This document shows positions 32,159 to 39,660 of a stretch of DNA of 41,546 bases, in pieces (the first letter of the stretch is position 1; every line of letters begins with the position of its first letter). The notes below the pieces were generated by a model. It was given only the letters and a program-made list of their open reading frames with translations, did not search any database and was not told where the DNA came from. A program made the translations under genes and the position numbers. Origin of the DNA: a virus; IMG/VR virus record IMGVR_UViG_3300035684_000007, positions 1 through 41,546 of that record. One strand, written 5' to 3'.

Positions 32159-32527
32159 ATGAACGACCACGACCCGAAGCTCAAAGAAGCCATGGAAGAG
32201 ATTAAGGTCATCCTGAGAAAGTACGACGTGGGCGCCTCAGTGACCCTCGTCTCACCAACCCACTCGGAGTTTCTGTACGAACTTGAGCCCACTTGGAGCT
32301 GTGTTCGGTTCACAAACGACCCAAAAGGGCAACCTGCGCTCAGATTCACCGCCACCCTTGAGCGCTATGGCAGCGCAGAGAAGAGGCAGGAGGCTGCAGA
32401 GCTCACGACCCATATGCTTCTTCAAATCCGTGATCTTGGGGGGAAGACTTTCATGACGTTCGAAGAGGTCAGAAAGCAGCTCGAGCGCTTCTTCAAGATC
32501 GATCACAAGCCGTTCAGCAAAGGCTAA
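32159..32527 (+). CDS. Hypothetical protein
   Basis: The 122-aa ORF has coding-like composition. No family was recognised. Confidence 0.5.
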   Translation: MNDHDPKLKEAMEEIKVILRKYDVGASVTLVSPTHSEFLYELEPTWSCVRFTNDPKGQPALRFTATLERYGSAEKRQEAAELTTHMLLQIRDLGGKTFMTFEEVRKQLERFFKIDHKPFSKG

Positions 32528-32530
32528 CCC

Positions 32531-32767
32531 ATGACCCCCTCACTCTCAGAAAAAAGACTCCAGGAATACGCAAGAGGTCTAAGCTCAGACCGATGCCTAG
32601 GCGGCTGTGGGAAACGCGTTTGTAACGCCACAGGGATCTGTCGAGCGTGCTCTCAGCAAACGTGTCGGCACTGCGAACGCACCTACGCGCTGAGCGCCAA
32701 GGGCAAGGTTCGGTGCTGTGCGGATTGTGCGGAGAAACGGAAAAGGATGGGGGAGGTGGCTGCGTGA
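32531..32767 (+). CDS. Cys-rich zinc-ribbon protein
   Basis: The 78-aa ORF has several CxxC pairs (CLGGCGKRVC, CRAC, CRHC, CADC). Confidence 0.5.
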   Translation: MTPSLSEKRLQEYARGLSSDRCLGGCGKRVCNATGICRACSQQTCRHCERTYALSAKGKVRCCADCAEKRKRMGEVAA

Positions 32768-33195
32768 GCAAGCGTGGGAAGAAGCTCAACCAATACCAGA
32801 TCACTGCAGACGAGGAGCACCTAGCCGTCATCATGACCGCGCTCGATCTCTATTTCCGTATTGGCATGGGTCAGTTCGACCGGATCCGCGACGTGGGCAA
32901 ATGGTGGCGAAAGTGGGACGAGCACAATGTTGGAGCGTACATGGACCGGGCGCATGAGCTTCTGACGGGGCTCCCAAAAAACGCGTTTCACAGTATCGGC
33001 TCACCACGAATCTCCGATGACTTCAGGCAAGCCTGCGAGATTTACCAAATGATCAGGCACAGGCTCTCTTGGGACCGTAATCCCAAGGGCGGGTGGACGG
33101 TCAACTACGATGATCCGAAGTCGTTCCGCATGACGGATCGGCCGCTGATCGAGATCGAGCGGATTGAATCCAAGCAGGAAGTGAGGAAGCCATGA
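32764..33195 (+). CDS. Hypothetical protein
   Basis: I start it at the GTG at 32764, which overlaps the upstream stop (GTGA), rather than the tracked 32647 start, which lies inside the previous gene. Confidence 0.45.
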   Translation: MSKRGKKLNQYQITADEEHLAVIMTALDLYFRIGMGQFDRIRDVGKWWRKWDEHNVGAYMDRAHELLTGLPKNAFHSIGSPRISDDFRQACEIYQMIRHRLSWDRNPKGGWTVNYDDPKSFRMTDRPLIEIERIESKQEVRKP

Positions 33196-33650
33196 CCACC
33201 CGCCTCGATGAAATCAGGAAGCGCGTGGAACAGGCAACACCCGGGCCTTGGGAAAGAAGCGACTTCGCTCACGCGGTCGACGACACCTTTGAGGTAAAAT
33301 CGCGCGGCAAACTCTACCAGAACGGGTATCCGAGCCTAGTCGCCAGCGAGGCCGATAGGCGCGACGCCAACTTCATCGCCCACGCCCGCGAGGACATCCC
33401 TTGGCTGATTGCGGAGGTGGAGAGGCTCCAGATGGAACTCGCTGAAGCAAGAAAGCAGCGCGACCATGAGGCAACACGCCGGGCGAGTGCCTTCAAGGAA
33501 TTGGAGCGCACCGAGGAGGAGGTGGAGCGGCTCAGGGAACCGCTCAGCGTGATCGACTACACGGCTCGCTCACGCGGGTATCCCACACCGAAGGATTGGG
33601 ACGAGCTCGTGCGGCTAGTTCGCGAAGCCCTCAGAAAGGAAACCCCATGA
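33192..33650 (+). CDS. Hypothetical protein (Ead/Ea22-like flavour)
   Basis: It has an ATGA overlap start. The motif ATPGPW...NFIAHAREDIPWLIAEVERL followed by a coiled coil is a pattern common in early phage genes. Confidence 0.5.
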   Translation: MTTRLDEIRKRVEQATPGPWERSDFAHAVDDTFEVKSRGKLYQNGYPSLVASEADRRDANFIAHAREDIPWLIAEVERLQMELAEARKQRDHEATRRASAFKELERTEEEVERLREPLSVIDYTARSRGYPTPKDWDELVRLVREALRKETP

Positions 33651-33856
33651 CCAAGGAAGAATACATGGCGCTTCCACCTCATGACCCGATCGCCCACAGC
33701 TGTAAGCCCGCGAGTCAGGACGGCTATCGAAAGGAATGTCGAAGGTGCCGCTTCGTCTTCGGCAAGCAAAGCAACAAGCTCAAGCCGAGGTTCAGCATCA
33801 TCCGGGCCGCCTTGAATCGAATGGAGGCAGCCAAGCTTTCGGAGGAAACCCCATGA
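33647..33856 (+). CDS. Hypothetical small protein
   Basis: I start it at the ATG at 33647 within the conserved junction AGGAAACCCCATGA. The product is 69 aa. Confidence 0.45.
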   Translation: MTKEEYMALPPHDPIAHSCKPASQDGYRKECRRCRFVFGKQSNKLKPRFSIIRAALNRMEAAKLSEETP

Positions 33857-34032
33857 AACACCCGATCAATCGCTGGCGAATCCTCGCAGCTCAGGCACTC
33901 GATGCGGCGACTGACGCAGCAACAAAGCAGCATCATCCGGATTTTGCAATCCATCTTCTCTGTCAGTACCTGGCACGAGCATACGAGCTTGGACGTGAGG
34001 AAAATGCGGCCGAAGGAAAGGAAACCCCATGA
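33853..34032 (+). CDS. Hypothetical small protein
   Basis: I start it at the ATG at 33853 within the same 14-nt junction. The product is 59 aa. Confidence 0.45.
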   Translation: MKHPINRWRILAAQALDAATDAATKQHHPDFAIHLLCQYLARAYELGREENAAEGKETP

Positions 34033-34823
34033 CCCAATTCAAGGTAGGCGACCGCGTGCGACTCAAGGGCTTCGCAATGGACGATTTCAACGGGCAGGCC
34101 ATATATGTCGAAGGCAGAAAGGCGGTTTTGGAAAAATTCAGCGCAGACGAATGGCTTTGCCGCACTGTTGAAGATGAAGGCGGATTGCGGGTAACACCCT
34201 CCCAATGCCGCCGCCTGAAGCCGAAAGAAAAGCCCCAACTACCACCAGTAGGAGAAAGTAGTAGCAAATTAGTAAGTGAGCCCGTGAAGCCGCGCGTGTG
34301 GTCCTGCAAGATCGGCGGTGTGGATACCGAGGCGCTACCCCCCGGCGCTGACTGGCCGCTCCGCCAGGCTGTCAAAGAAGCATATTTCAAGCTGACCGGG
34401 AAAGAGTCCGACTTCTGCTTCTCCGGATGGGGCGCTGAACTTACCGAAGATGAAGCGGCTGTCGCAGAACGGCTCGCGCCCGTGAAGCCACGCGGTTCCC
34501 CCGCAGGGGAGGAAACTCGGAGGACATCCCCCGGTAGCGGCGGGGGAGCACCGCTGTCTTCCTCCGAGCCGCGTGAGGTGTGGATAGATAAGCACATTTG
34601 CGACCAGCTCGACGAGATTCCAGCTCTTATCGCATTCACACGCAAGGCATGGAAACGCATCCGCTTCCTCGAAGCACCCCCTGGGGCCACTGTGGTGACA
34701 AAGGAGACGCTTGCGAAGGCGTGGGACAGGTTCGTCAAGGGCAGCGGGTATAAGTACTGTGCAGCTGAATCCGGTCACTTTGAGGCCTTCTGCCGCGCGC
34801 TGGGGCTCGGGGGTGGGGAGTGA
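34029..34823 (+). CDS. Hypothetical protein
   Basis: The 264-aa ORF starts in the third copy of the junction 14-mer. It has an SH3/KOW-like N-terminus (FKVGDRVRLKGF). Confidence 0.5.
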   Translation: MTQFKVGDRVRLKGFAMDDFNGQAIYVEGRKAVLEKFSADEWLCRTVEDEGGLRVTPSQCRRLKPKEKPQLPPVGESSSKLVSEPVKPRVWSCKIGGVDTEALPPGADWPLRQAVKEAYFKLTGKESDFCFSGWGAELTEDEAAVAERLAPVKPRGSPAGEETRRTSPGSGGGAPLSSSEPREVWIDKHICDQLDEIPALIAFTRKAWKRIRFLEAPPGATVVTKETLAKAWDRFVKGSGYKYCAAESGHFEAFCRALGLGGGE

Positions 34824-35509
34824 GCGACCGCCTTGACTATACAACGATAACGTTTCGCGGCACCGCCTACGTGCTGGAAACGGAATTCATTGCTCATGTG
34901 AGACGGCTTGACCGCGAGCTTGCCTCCGCGCGGGCGGAAGTGAAGAGACTGAAACATAGTCGCGATACTGTGGAGTTCTGGATGAAACAGTTTGATTACC
35001 AGACAGACCGTATCCGAAATATGAGCGACCAAACAGCGATGTTTCAATCAGAGATAGACCGGCTTGAGTTCCGTGCCGACTGGATGGCTGCAAGGCTTCA
35101 GCGAGTTCAAGACATGCTTAGACCTACTGAATTCTGGCCCCAGGCAGCGGCAATTCTCGCCAACGGTACAGCATCGTCAGATGAACCTCCAATTTACGCA
35201 CAGCAACTGAGCATTAGCCGTCACCAGCGGGACGCTGCCCGCGCCGAAGCCTCCCACCTTCGGGCATCGCTGGAAAAGATTTACTATGGACCTGCCCCGA
35301 TTGGATTGGATTACATGCCCTGGGCGATGGGCATTGCCCGCGCCGCCCTCCAATCCTCCGACGCTGGCAGCACTTGGCTGGAGGCCGCGCGCGGGATGGC
35401 AGGCGCTTTGAGGGAGGCATTGCCTATTTTGGAGGAGGACATGATTTACAACAAGTGCGTAAAGGTCCTCGCCCTCTGGGACGCGCTCACCGGGGAGGGG
35501 AAACCGTGA
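34820..35509 (+). CDS. Hypothetical protein, C-terminal module paralogous to 35715..36170
   Basis: It has a GTGA overlap start. It shares AEASHLRASLEKI and ALQSSDAGSTWLEAARG with the downstream paralogue. Confidence 0.5.
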   Translation: MSDRLDYTTITFRGTAYVLETEFIAHVRRLDRELASARAEVKRLKHSRDTVEFWMKQFDYQTDRIRNMSDQTAMFQSEIDRLEFRADWMAARLQRVQDMLRPTEFWPQAAAILANGTASSDEPPIYAQQLSISRHQRDAARAEASHLRASLEKIYYGPAPIGLDYMPWAMGIARAALQSSDAGSTWLEAARGMAGALREALPILEEDMIYNKCVKVLALWDALTGEGKP

Positions 35510-35718
35510 TGAATCGTGCTCGTGGATTCAATCACCTAAGAGAAGTCCAAGTCGAAAACTTTCTGATGCAGTCATGGAATCCACGTCAGATGGCCACGAA
35601 GCTCGCGGAACTCGGTTATATCTCATTCAGCAATTTGGAAGAGGTGGAGGACTGGCTCAAATGCTTCGCAATATCTATACAGAAGAAAAATGCGCTCACC
35701 GAGGAGGTGAGGAAATGA
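35509..35718 (+). CDS. Hypothetical small protein
   Basis: The ATG at 35509 overlaps the upstream stop. The product is 69 aa. Confidence 0.45.
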   Translation: MNRARGFNHLREVQVENFLMQSWNPRQMATKLAELGYISFSNLEEVEDWLKCFAISIQKKNALTEEVRK

Positions 35719-36170
35719 GCAACGCGAAAGATGGGCACCACAAGTTCATTCCCTGCGAGTGTCCTGGGTGCAAGGCAGGCAAAGAGTGCGTAGCTCATCC
35801 TGACCTGATGGACCATCCCTACGGGTCTGAGTCTCCTCTGGAAGTAGAAGTGAATGTACTGCGCGCCGAAGCAGCCCACCTTCGGGCGGCGCTGGAGAAG
35901 CTCCAACCCTTTGTAGAGGCGGTCGCAGATGCGTTGGCACCTGACACCCCTACAGGAAAAACAAAGGCGGAGGCAACTATCCTTGCCGCCCTCTCCTCCG
36001 ACGCTGGCCGCGAGTGGCTGGAGGTGTTCCGCGCGGTCGTTAAGACTGGGCACGATTTGGGAAGGGCTTTCGATGAATTCGGTGCAGAGCCCGCAGCTAT
36101 TGGCGAGCATGTTCAGCTTCATATGGATGCGCTCGCTCGCGCCCAGGCGCTCACCAGGGAGGGGAAGTGA
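35715..36170 (+). CDS. Hypothetical protein with Cys-rich N-terminus, paralogue of the 34820..35509 C-terminus
   Basis: It has an ATGA overlap start at 35715. It shows CECPGCKAGKEC, then AEAAHLRAALEKL and ALSSDAGREWLEVFRA. Confidence 0.5.
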   Translation: MSNAKDGHHKFIPCECPGCKAGKECVAHPDLMDHPYGSESPLEVEVNVLRAEAAHLRAALEKLQPFVEAVADALAPDTPTGKTKAEATILAALSSDAGREWLEVFRAVVKTGHDLGRAFDEFGAEPAAIGEHVQLHMDALARAQALTREGK

Positions 36171-36370
36171 AAGCCAAATACACCCGGAAGCAGGACGGCG
36201 CTCACGTCCGTCTGGAAGAGAAATTCAAAACAGAATGCTGCGATTGCGGGCTCGTGCACTTATGGGAACTGGAGAAGTTGCCCGACGGAAAAACTTTCGC
36301 TTTTAAGGTGACCCGCGACATACGGGCTACAGCCCAGCGTCGACGAGTGCGCAAACAGGAGGGGAAGTGA
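36167..36370 (+). CDS. Hypothetical small protein
   Basis: It has a GTGA overlap start in the junction GGAGGGGAAGTGA. The product is 67 aa. Confidence 0.45.
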   Translation: MKAKYTRKQDGAHVRLEEKFKTECCDCGLVHLWELEKLPDGKTFAFKVTRDIRATAQRRRVRKQEGK

Positions 36371-37047
36371 TGGAGCTTGTCGAGAAGTTCTGTGAGGCTG
36401 GATGCGGGAAGGGTTTTCGGGTCATGCCGACGAGTCCGCAGAAATATTGCTCATTCGACTGTGAGCTTCAGAAGACGGGTGCGACCGTGAGTCCCTGGAG
36501 GCCAAAAGGGCATGAGAAGCTGAGGGCAGATAGGGGAAAGGATTTTGTGATGGCGAAGAGTAAAGGTGTAAGCGAAGGCGTGCTTTCGATCGGAGGTCTG
36601 TCGGAAAAGCTCAACATCTCGAAAGCGACCCTCTACTTCTGGGCATCCAAGGAGAAGATTCCATCCAAGCGAACCAGTTCGGGCCAGGTCTTTGACCTAG
36701 AGGCAGTCAAAGCTGCCATCGAAAAGAATGGTCTTGGGACGCGGAAGAGGAAAGCTGATGTCAGGAAGGATCGGGAGCCTGAAACTCAAGTCGTGCAGGC
36801 AACTCGTTCGGTAGCTGTGGACGTGATCCAGATCAAGCAGAAGGCTTGGAGGCTTGCGCGTGAAGCTTTCAAGCAACACATCCTTTCTGAAGCTAGGCGG
36901 GCCGAGGTGAAGGCCGACCACGCGACCGAGCTTGCGCTCCTCAAAGAATTGGTGAGGAGCGAGGCCTTGTTCGATGTGCATCTCGGAATTGATTCAAGTG
37001 GTGAGACAAACTCTCCGATGGACGCGCTCGCCGGAGCGGGGAAGTGA
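36367..37047 (+). CDS. Zinc-ribbon + MerR/excisionase-type HTH DNA-binding protein
   Basis: It has an N-terminal CEAGCGK...CSFDC, then LSIGGLSEKLNISKATLYFWASKEKIPSKRTSSGQVFDLEAVKAAIE. Confidence 0.55.
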   Translation: MMELVEKFCEAGCGKGFRVMPTSPQKYCSFDCELQKTGATVSPWRPKGHEKLRADRGKDFVMAKSKGVSEGVLSIGGLSEKLNISKATLYFWASKEKIPSKRTSSGQVFDLEAVKAAIEKNGLGTRKRKADVRKDREPETQVVQATRSVAVDVIQIKQKAWRLAREAFKQHILSEARRAEVKADHATELALLKELVRSEALFDVHLGIDSSGETNSPMDALAGAGK

Positions 37048-37208
37048 CCCGCGTGCTCCTTCTCCTGCTCACCGTCCAGGTCGCCTGTGGGTCCGGAAAG
37101 CCGCCTCCGAAGCCAAGCCCCATGCCTACCGGCTGCTATCCGGTCAAGTGGGAAGGCCAAACACGCTGGATGTGTGAAGATGGATTGAGGGAGGGGAGTG
37201 ATCCTTAA
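37044..37208 (+). CDS. Small lipoprotein candidate (54 aa), not in the ORF track
   Basis: A GTG at 37044 sits in the same GGGGAAGTGA junction used by upstream genes. My own translation gives VTRVLLLLLTVQVAC|GSGKPPPKPSPMPTGCYPVKWEGQTRWMCEDGLREGSDP. It is followed by a strong terminator. Confidence 0.4.
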   Translation: MTRVLLLLLTVQVACGSGKPPPKPSPMPTGCYPVKWEGQTRWMCEDGLREGSDP

Positions 37209-37277
37209 GCCCGCCACTTGCATTCCTTTTCTGTGACGATAATGAGCGATTCATTTTACTCCTTTCTCAAAATGGCG

Positions 37278-37309
37278 GGCGCCGGGTTGACCTCCCCGGC
37301 GCCTTTTTT
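37278..37309 (+). terminator. Rho-independent terminator ending the early operon
   Basis: It has a perfect 9-bp GC-rich stem ggcgccggg/cccggcgcc, an 8-nt loop and then TTTTTT. Confidence 0.85.
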
Positions 37310-37404
37310 CATGCCGGCTGTTAGCCTTTGTTAACCTCCGGTCGACGCGCAAATTGCACAAAAAGTGAACTTAGGCTTGGCCCATCCCTTGCGCACTGAC
37401 GCGC

Positions 37405-37656
37405 ATGCGAAATTTCACTGATCCCACGAATGACCCGGTTTTCCTCGATCTAGCGGCCCGGATGCTGGCCTTCTCAGTCCGATACCCGGACGGTCGGGAG
37501 GTTCTTAGGACGTGGCTTGAATGCCTCGAGGAGGAGGCGGACACTTACAGTGAAAGCGAACCTTACCCGGGTAAGTCCCGCCCGCGGCTCCGCCTGGTCG
37601 AACGAGACAGTGTGCTTCATGAGTCCGGAAAGGGTACCCCAGTTAAATTTTCTTAA
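37405..37656 (+). CDS. Hypothetical protein
   Basis: The 83-aa ORF is the first after the terminator. No family was recognised. Confidence 0.4.
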   Translation: MRNFTDPTNDPVFLDLAARMLAFSVRYPDGREVLRTWLECLEEEADTYSESEPYPGKSRPRLRLVERDSVLHESGKGTPVKFS

Positions 37657-37707
37657 CCCGCGACTTTGAGCGCCGTGTTGAGGAGGGTGAGTGGGTAAAG
37701 TCCTGAG

Positions 37708-37896
37708 ATGGCAAAAAGTACCCCGCTTTGTGTTGGCTGTGGCCATTCTGACGTGAAAATCAGGAGCCACGGGATCCCCGTGTGCTCCGCCTGCAAGCTC
37801 GTCGAGGAGCCAGATGCTGAAGGCGGAACGGTGGTCTATGTCATCGTCGACTTTGGGAAAGAAAAGAAGCGCGTGAAGTACCTGCCGAAGAAGTGA
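37708..37896 (+). CDS. Small zinc-ribbon protein
   Basis: The 62-aa ORF has CVGC...CSAC pairs. Confidence 0.45.
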   Translation: MAKSTPLCVGCGHSDVKIRSHGIPVCSACKLVEEPDAEGGTVVYVIVDFGKEKKRVKYLPKK

Positions 37897-37910
37897 AGGG
37901 AGTGAGGCAC

Positions 37911-38132
37911 ATGAAGAAGGTAAAGCTCGATTTGTTTGATAAGAATTTCGGAAAGAAGCTTAAGGAAGCTGTCAATGACAAGGTCGAGGAGGCAATCGAA
38001 GAGCGGATTCGAAAAGAAGCCAAGGGAATTCCTCTGAGCTTGGCAAAGGAAGCTGCACGTCGCGTGGCGAAGGGTGAGAAGATCAACGTCGTGAAGGACG
38101 ACGCAGGACACTTCAAAATCGTGAGAGGATAG
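37911..38132 (+). CDS. Lys/Glu-rich hypothetical protein
   Basis: I prefer the ATG at 37911, which has a GGGAGTGAGG ribosome-binding site, over the tracked GTG at 37893. Confidence 0.45.
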   Translation: MKKVKLDLFDKNFGKKLKEAVNDKVEEAIEERIRKEAKGIPLSLAKEAARRVAKGEKINVVKDDAGHFKIVRG

Positions 38133-38144
38133 GGATCCAAATCC

Positions 38145-38465
38145 ATGAAGCACGTCAGAAAAGAAGCTGTCAAATGGGCTCAAGGGGCAAGTCACGTCGA
38201 ACGCTGGCCTAAAGATGAAGCTTGGGAAGATCGCGTGAAACTTGGCTTCGAGGCAGGTTACCGCTTGGCTAGGGCCGAGGCAGCCAAAGGCCTCGAGGAG
38301 GCTGCTTCATTACTTAAAGATCCGGCAACCGTTGAGGATCCACGTGAGAAAGTGGCATGGCACTTCAGTAAGAAAGCCTTTGAGACTGCGAGTGAAGCTA
38401 TACGAACGATGGGCGATGAGGATACCGATGCTAGCCGGGCCGCTTTGACCAAGCCCTCCGGCTGA
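38145..38465 (+). CDS. Hypothetical protein
   Basis: The 106-aa ORF is helical. No family was recognised. Confidence 0.45.
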   Translation: MKHVRKEAVKWAQGASHVERWPKDEAWEDRVKLGFEAGYRLARAEAAKGLEEAASLLKDPATVEDPREKVAWHFSKKAFETASEAIRTMGDEDTDASRAALTKPSG

Positions 38466-38478
38466 GGTAAGGCCACCG

Positions 38479-38868
38479 GTGGTGAATCAGGATCAGTGGA
38501 GTCTAAAGCATGTCGACCGTCTGAGCGTCCGTAAGGCTCGGATGGCGACTTTTGATAAGTATTATCCTCTTCTATGCAAGGGCGAGTGTACCTTCGACGA
38601 TGTTCCGGATGAAGCGCTTCGAGATTGCTGGCACCACCTAGTCTCCGAGAATATAGGGATCGCGCGAAGTTTTCGCGAAAGGGATGAAGCGATCTTTCGA
38701 GCTGAGATCGAGCGAAGAAGCGCAGATAAGGAGCATCGCGAATCGATAGCGAATGCGCAAGCGGCCGCTCGGAGTGCGCAGAATGCTACCTATGCGGCAT
38801 GGGTCGCGGCGTTAGCAACAGTGGGACAAATCCTGATACAGCTCATTCAGCTCGCCCGCGGAAGGTGA
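38479..38868 (+). CDS. Hypothetical protein with C-terminal hydrophobic anchor
   Basis: It has a GTG start with a GAGGTAAGG ribosome-binding site. The C-terminus is YAAWVAALATVGQILIQLIQL. Confidence 0.45.
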   Translation: MVNQDQWSLKHVDRLSVRKARMATFDKYYPLLCKGECTFDDVPDEALRDCWHHLVSENIGIARSFRERDEAIFRAEIERRSADKEHRESIANAQAAARSAQNATYAAWVAALATVGQILIQLIQLARGR

Positions 38869-39323
38869 TTGATCAGGTCCCGCCAGATCTCATCCACCTG
38901 AGCAGGCATCTCATCGATCCCAATCCCCATGACCCGGCTGATGGCGCCGACCAGATCGTCCTTCGTGATCTCCACCGTCTCCGGAACAATCTCCAAATGC
39001 GATCGTGCAGGCGGATCCCCGAGCACCTCAAATCCAAAGCGCTTAAGCACGGCATTGAGCACCGTACTCGGATGGGCCCAATATCGGCCTTCAGTGTCGG
39101 CTTCCTTCTTCGCGTCTTGAAAGGCTTCAGCGATCGCTTTCCTGACCTGGGAGGGGGTAACCTCGGTACGCGGTTCCTCAAGCTCCCAGTCCTCGGCCAG
39201 GACGTCGTCCGGGCTGAAGACCGCAGTTGTATGGTCCAGGCGATCTGCCAGAACCCAAAAGCTTTTGGCCCAGGCCTTACGCCGGTAGCGCTTCCCGCTT
39301 CGGATAGCTTCCACCAACGTCAC
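38847..39323 (-). CDS. DUF2829-like (Tad2-family-like) N-terminal domain fused to an unknown C-terminal domain
   Basis: MTLVEAIRSGKRYRRKAWAKSFWV......FSPDDVLAEDWELEE follows the DUF2829 signature (A...GK...R..W ... D.LA.DWE). It lies on the opposite strand to its neighbours. Confidence 0.45.
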   Translation of the reverse strand: MTLVEAIRSGKRYRRKAWAKSFWVLADRLDHTTAVFSPDDVLAEDWELEEPRTEVTPSQVRKAIAEAFQDAKKEADTEGRYWAHPSTVLNAVLKRFGFEVLGDPPARSHLEIVPETVEITKDDLVGAISRVMGIGIDEMPAQVDEIWRDLINHLPRAS

Positions 39324-39327
39324 AGGC

Positions 39328-39660
39328 TCACCCCATCTTCTGCTTGAGCTTCCCGGATGCCTTGAGCGTCTCGTAGATGGGAGGAAGCTTCTCTCTGAGA
39401 AAATCCCTGAGCTTGTCCGTCACATCGGTGTGTTTCGCGCACACGCCCCAAAGCGCATGGAGTTCAGAATCCACGCATAGGCTGATTCGTTCATTCAGCT
39501 TCTTGTCATCCGTCTTGAGCCTGATTTCTGGTTCCATAACGGAAGTGTAATGCAACTCCAACTCCCCTTGAAAGTGCACGCTTCGGTAAACTGCACGAAA
39601 CGTGGAGTAAACCTTCGGTTTACCCTGTCCGTCTGCTCTCATAGTTAGAACGCGTTGCAC
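39328..39660 (-). CDS. Hypothetical protein with possible C-terminal ribbon-helix-helix
   Basis: The 110-aa ORF (or a start at the ATG at 39642) has ISLCVDSELHALWGVCAKHTDVTDKLRDFLREKL, which looks RHH-like. It is co-directional with and 4 nt upstream of the DUF2829-like gene. Confidence 0.4.
   Translation of the reverse strand: MQRVLTMRADGQGKPKVYSTFRAVYRSVHFQGELELHYTSVMEPEIRLKTDDKKLNERISLCVDSELHALWGVCAKHTDVTDKLRDFLREKLPPIYETLKASGKLKQKMG

Noticed and set aside
33866-34738. 290-aa minus-strand ORF in the early operon
   Set aside because: It is antisense to a chain of tightly coupled plus-strand genes. Its translation is Ser/Pro/Arg/Gly-rich and low-complexity, and it has no ribbon of flanking minus-strand genes.
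38799-39347. 182-aa plus-strand ORF opposite the DUF2829-like gene
   Set aside because: Its translation is R/P/L/H-rich with no motif. The minus-strand frame carries the recognisable A..GK..RR..W ... D.LAEDWE signature and has a co-directional partner gene.
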